Origin: a virus
Lineage: Monodnaviria > Loebvirae > Hofneiviricota > Faserviricetes > Tubulavirales > Inoviridae
Strand: one strand, 5' to 3'
IMG/VR virus record: IMGVR_UViG_2698536505_000016
DNA length: 8,503 bases
The notes below the pieces were generated by a model. That model did not search any database and had not been told where the DNA came from. It saw only the letters and a list, made by a program, of their open reading frames with translations. The position numbers and the translations under genes are program-made. Shown here piece after piece: positions 6,375 through 8,503 of this stretch (position 1 is its first letter; every line of letters begins with the position of its first letter).

Positions 6375-7640
6375 ATGCGCTCTGTTATTGTTGCTTTTTT
6401 ATTTGCCTGTTCATTCTGCGTTTCTGCTGAAACTGTTAATTTAAATAATTCATCTGTTCGCTCATTTGTTCAGTGGTATTCTTCAAAAACTGGCAAGCCT
6501 GTTATTGTTAATCCTGATATTAAAGGAAACGTAACCGTATTTAATGCTGATGTTAATCCAACAAATATTGATGATTTCTTTAAGTCTGTTCTGAATGCTA
6601 ACGGTTTTGTCATGCTTTCTGGCAATCCTGCGGTAGTCTCTTTGCCGTCTAAATTACCTTCACAGATGGTTTCGGATTCCGATGATTCTGATAACCAGTC
6701 TTATGATACTTTTCCTTCTGAGCCATCTTACCAGCCAGTACCTGTGGCGCTTACGGTCAGAAATTTTAAGCTGACAAAAGTTAGATCGTCCGATGTTCAG
6801 CAACTGATTAAAATTTATCTTGATTCTAATGGTGGTGGTAATGTCGTGGATTATCCAGGCAATAACTCGCTGATTGTTTCTGCGCCTGACGAGCTGCTGC
6901 CGGTTCTGTCCGATTTTATCAATTCTGTGGATGTTGCCCGCGATCAGGTTCTCATTCAGTCGCTGATGTTTGAAACCAGCTTGTCTGATGGCGTTGATTT
7001 ATCGTTTGCGGCAGGTTCTGCATCCGGTCATAAGGTTGCGGGGGGCTTTAATACTTCTGCACTGGGTAGCGCTCTTTCTACGGCGGGCGGTTCTTTTGGT
7101 ATTTTTGATGGTAACGTGTTGGCGCTGTCTCTGCGTGCTGTCCAGAGTAATTCACGCTCTAAGGTGATTTCAACGCCGCGTATTCTTACTCAGTCTGGTC
7201 AGACTGGTTACATTTCCGTAGGTAAGAATGTGCCGTTTATCACCGGAAAGGTAACGGGCGAATCTGCCGGGGTAAATAATCCGTTTCAGACTATCGAGCG
7301 TCATGATGTTGGCGTTTCTCTCAAGGTAACGCCTGTTGTCATGGGTAACGGGCAACTAGTTCTGACTATCGACACTCGCGCTGATTCAATCAGCAATGAT
7401 GATCAGGCATCCGATATTATTACTAATCAGCGCCAGATTCAGACGACAGTCCAGATTAAGGATGGTCAGACGTTGTTATTGGGAGGGCTTATCGATTCAT
7501 CGTTAAGCAATGCCGAGCGTTCAGTTCCAGTTATAAGTAAAATTCCTCTTATAGGCTGGATTTTCAGTAGCAAGGCAGACAGCAATGAACAGCGTATTAT
7601 GTATATTTTGCTTACAGCACATATCATTCGTCCACTTTGA
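6375..7640 (+). CDS. gIV: Outer-membrane secretin pIV precursor, 421 aa
   Basis: ATG at 6375 with GGAG at 6361-6364 (track start 6282 overlaps gI); signal peptide MRSVIVAFLFACSFCVSA; long conserved stretches match M13 pIV (e.g. PRILTLSGQ.G.ISVG.NVPFITG.VTGESA.VNNPFQTIER, TLLLGGL, KIPLIG). Confidence 0.95.
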   Translation: MRSVIVAFLFACSFCVSAETVNLNNSSVRSFVQWYSSKTGKPVIVNPDIKGNVTVFNADVNPTNIDDFFKSVLNANGFVMLSGNPAVVSLPSKLPSQMVSDSDDSDNQSYDTFPSEPSYQPVPVALTVRNFKLTKVRSSDVQQLIKIYLDSNGGGNVVDYPGNNSLIVSAPDELLPVLSDFINSVDVARDQVLIQSLMFETSLSDGVDLSFAAGSASGHKVAGGFNTSALGSALSTAGGSFGIFDGNVLALSLRAVQSNSRSKVISTPRILTQSGQTGYISVGKNVPFITGKVTGESAGVNNPFQTIERHDVGVSLKVTPVVMGNGQLVLTIDTRADSISNDDQASDIITNQRQIQTTVQIKDGQTLLLGGLIDSSLSNAERSVPVISKIPLIGWIFSSKADSNEQRIMYILLTAHIIRPL

Positions 7641-7682
7641 TGGATAGCGGGTAGGTGCGTGAGCCCTGCTCGCTATCCATCA
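7638..7682 (+). other. Long hairpin starting at the gIV stop codon; candidate packaging signal or origin-associated structure
   Basis: Perfect 12-bp inverted repeat TGATGGATAGCG (7638-7649) / CGCTATCCATCA (7671-7682), extendable to about 18 bp with two G-T wobbles, 9-nt loop; no T-run follows. Ff packaging signal is a hairpin just after gIV. Confidence 0.45.
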
Positions 7683-7709
7683 AATGGACATTATTGATTG
7701 GGGTAACTA

Positions 7710-8018
7710 ATGGATTCTTATGGGATTTTATCTGCTCTGGCAGAACGAACGATTACAGCGGAAGAAGCAAAAACAATGACACTTGCAGCCAGAAGTTCTT
7801 CGGCTCAGGTAAATGAAGCATCACTTGCTCTGTTACTGATTGATAATACTCTGGATGCGATCAAAGCAGCTGCCAGTGAAGGGAAAGGATACACTTTACT
7901 TCCTTCTTATGAGATTTCTGTAAAAGCCATTGATTTAGCAGAAGAATTTTTAAGGAAACAATGCGGCTATGTTATTGATAACCAGAATGGCGTAAGGACG
8001 GTCTATTGGTTTATATGA
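7710..8018 (+). CDS. Hypothetical protein, 102 aa, predicted mostly helical, no recognised motif
   Basis: ATG at 7710 with a weak G-rich Shine-Dalgarno; lies between gIV and the att region where Ff phages have only non-coding sequence. Confidence 0.5.
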   Translation: MDSYGILSALAERTITAEEAKTMTLAARSSSAQVNEASLALLLIDNTLDAIKAAASEGKGYTLLPSYEISVKAIDLAEEFLRKQCGYVIDNQNGVRTVYWFI

Positions 8019-8135
8019 TAACCCCGGACAATGACAAAACTTGCTTTTGTTAGTGTCAGGGGTTGGCCAAGCCGAACAATTCTGTTTTTTTAGCGTTATT
8101 GCTGATTCGGCGCGGCAGCATTACGAGGAGATAAA

Positions 8136-8369
8136 ATGCAATTTTTCACATCCAGCGATACTGTAATGTTATGTGCGAAGACCTGCGATCGCTGTGGTCG
8201 CCATGCGAAGACGGTGGTAGATGACATTGAGTTCAATGAGTTTCTGTCTGTTAATCACTTAGCTGGATACGGTTCAATTTTTGGTGACAGTAATCGCTTA
8301 AAACTGGATTTATGCCAACATTGCCTGAAAGACGTCCTGGGCCAGTGGATTACGGTCTGTGACCAATGA
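8136..8369 (+). CDS. Hypothetical small cysteine-rich protein, 77 aa, putative zinc-binding
   Basis: Strong GAGGAG Shine-Dalgarno 5 nt upstream of ATG at 8136; CxxC pairs at residues 17/20 and 61/64; followed by the att hairpin. Confidence 0.55.
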   Translation: MQFFTSSDTVMLCAKTCDRCGRHAKTVVDDIEFNEFLSVNHLAGYGSIFGDSNRLKLDLCQHCLKDVLGQWITVCDQ

Positions 8370-8407
8370 CGGCACCGGTAACGCCAGTTCCCGCCATCCT
8401 TACCATT

Positions 8408-8440
8408 GGTGCGCATAATGTACGACTCGTTATGTTGAAA
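8408..8440 (+). other. dif-like XerC/XerD recombination site, second copy
   Basis: Same sequence as 4-36. Confidence 0.55.
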
Positions 8441-8479
8441 AGGCCGCTGCGAAAATCGAATCCCGCAGCGGCCTCTTTA
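8441..8479 (+). terminator. Same hairpin, second copy, downstream of the 8136-8369 ORF; candidate plus-strand terminator
   Basis: Identical stem-loop followed by TCTTT on the plus strand; located about 70 nt after the stop at 8369. Confidence 0.35.
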
Positions 8480-8503
8480 GCATAACGTCATTGTGCGAAC
8501 CAA

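Larger units (their letters stand above)
1..8503 (+). mobile_element. Complete Ff/IKe-like filamentous phage (Inovirus) genome, unit length 8404 bp plus 99 bp terminal redundancy; circular replicative form or one unit of a tandem prophage
   Basis: Canonical inovirus gene order II-X-V-VII-IX-VIII-III-VI-I-XI-IV with overlapping stop/start junctions; pI, pIV, pVI, pVIII clearly resemble M13/IKe proteins from memory; bases 1-99 are identical to 8405-8503. Confidence 0.9.
8405..8503. repeat. Right copy of the 99-bp exact terminal direct repeat
   Basis: Identical to 1-99 by direct comparison. Confidence 0.9.

Noticed and set aside
5799-7355. ORFs 5799-6041 (+), 6970-7167 (+) and 7170-7355 (-)
   Set aside because: Nested in alternate frames or antisense within gI and gIV, whose reading frames are strongly supported.

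Overview
The window reads as one complete filamentous phage (Inovirus) genome of the Ff/IKe type, about 8.4 kb, in circular or tandem context: bases 1-99 are identical to 8405-8503, giving a unit length of 8404 bp. The plus strand carries the canonical Ff gene order: gII (with nested gX), a divergent gene-V-position ORF, gVII, gIX, gVIII, a terminator, gIII, gVI, gI (with nested gXI) and gIV. pI, pIV, pVI, pVIII and the pIII C-terminus are recognisably similar to M13/IKe proteins as I recall them; no database search was possible. Three things are not Ff-like. (1) The terminal repeat is a roughly 100-nt imperfect palindrome containing dif-like XerC/XerD arms, suggesting XerCD-mediated integration through a folded single-stranded attP, as in CTXphi. 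(2) A minus-strand block upstream of gII encodes a small putative ribbon-helix-helix regulator, a 4-TM membrane protein, and an AT-rich, translationally coupled pair (zinc-ribbon protein plus membrane-anchored coiled-coil protein). (3) Two small plus-strand ORFs of unknown function sit between gIV and the att region. The minus-strand module and the att architecture are the best candidates for an undescribed system. All functional calls for the accessory genes are hypotheses.
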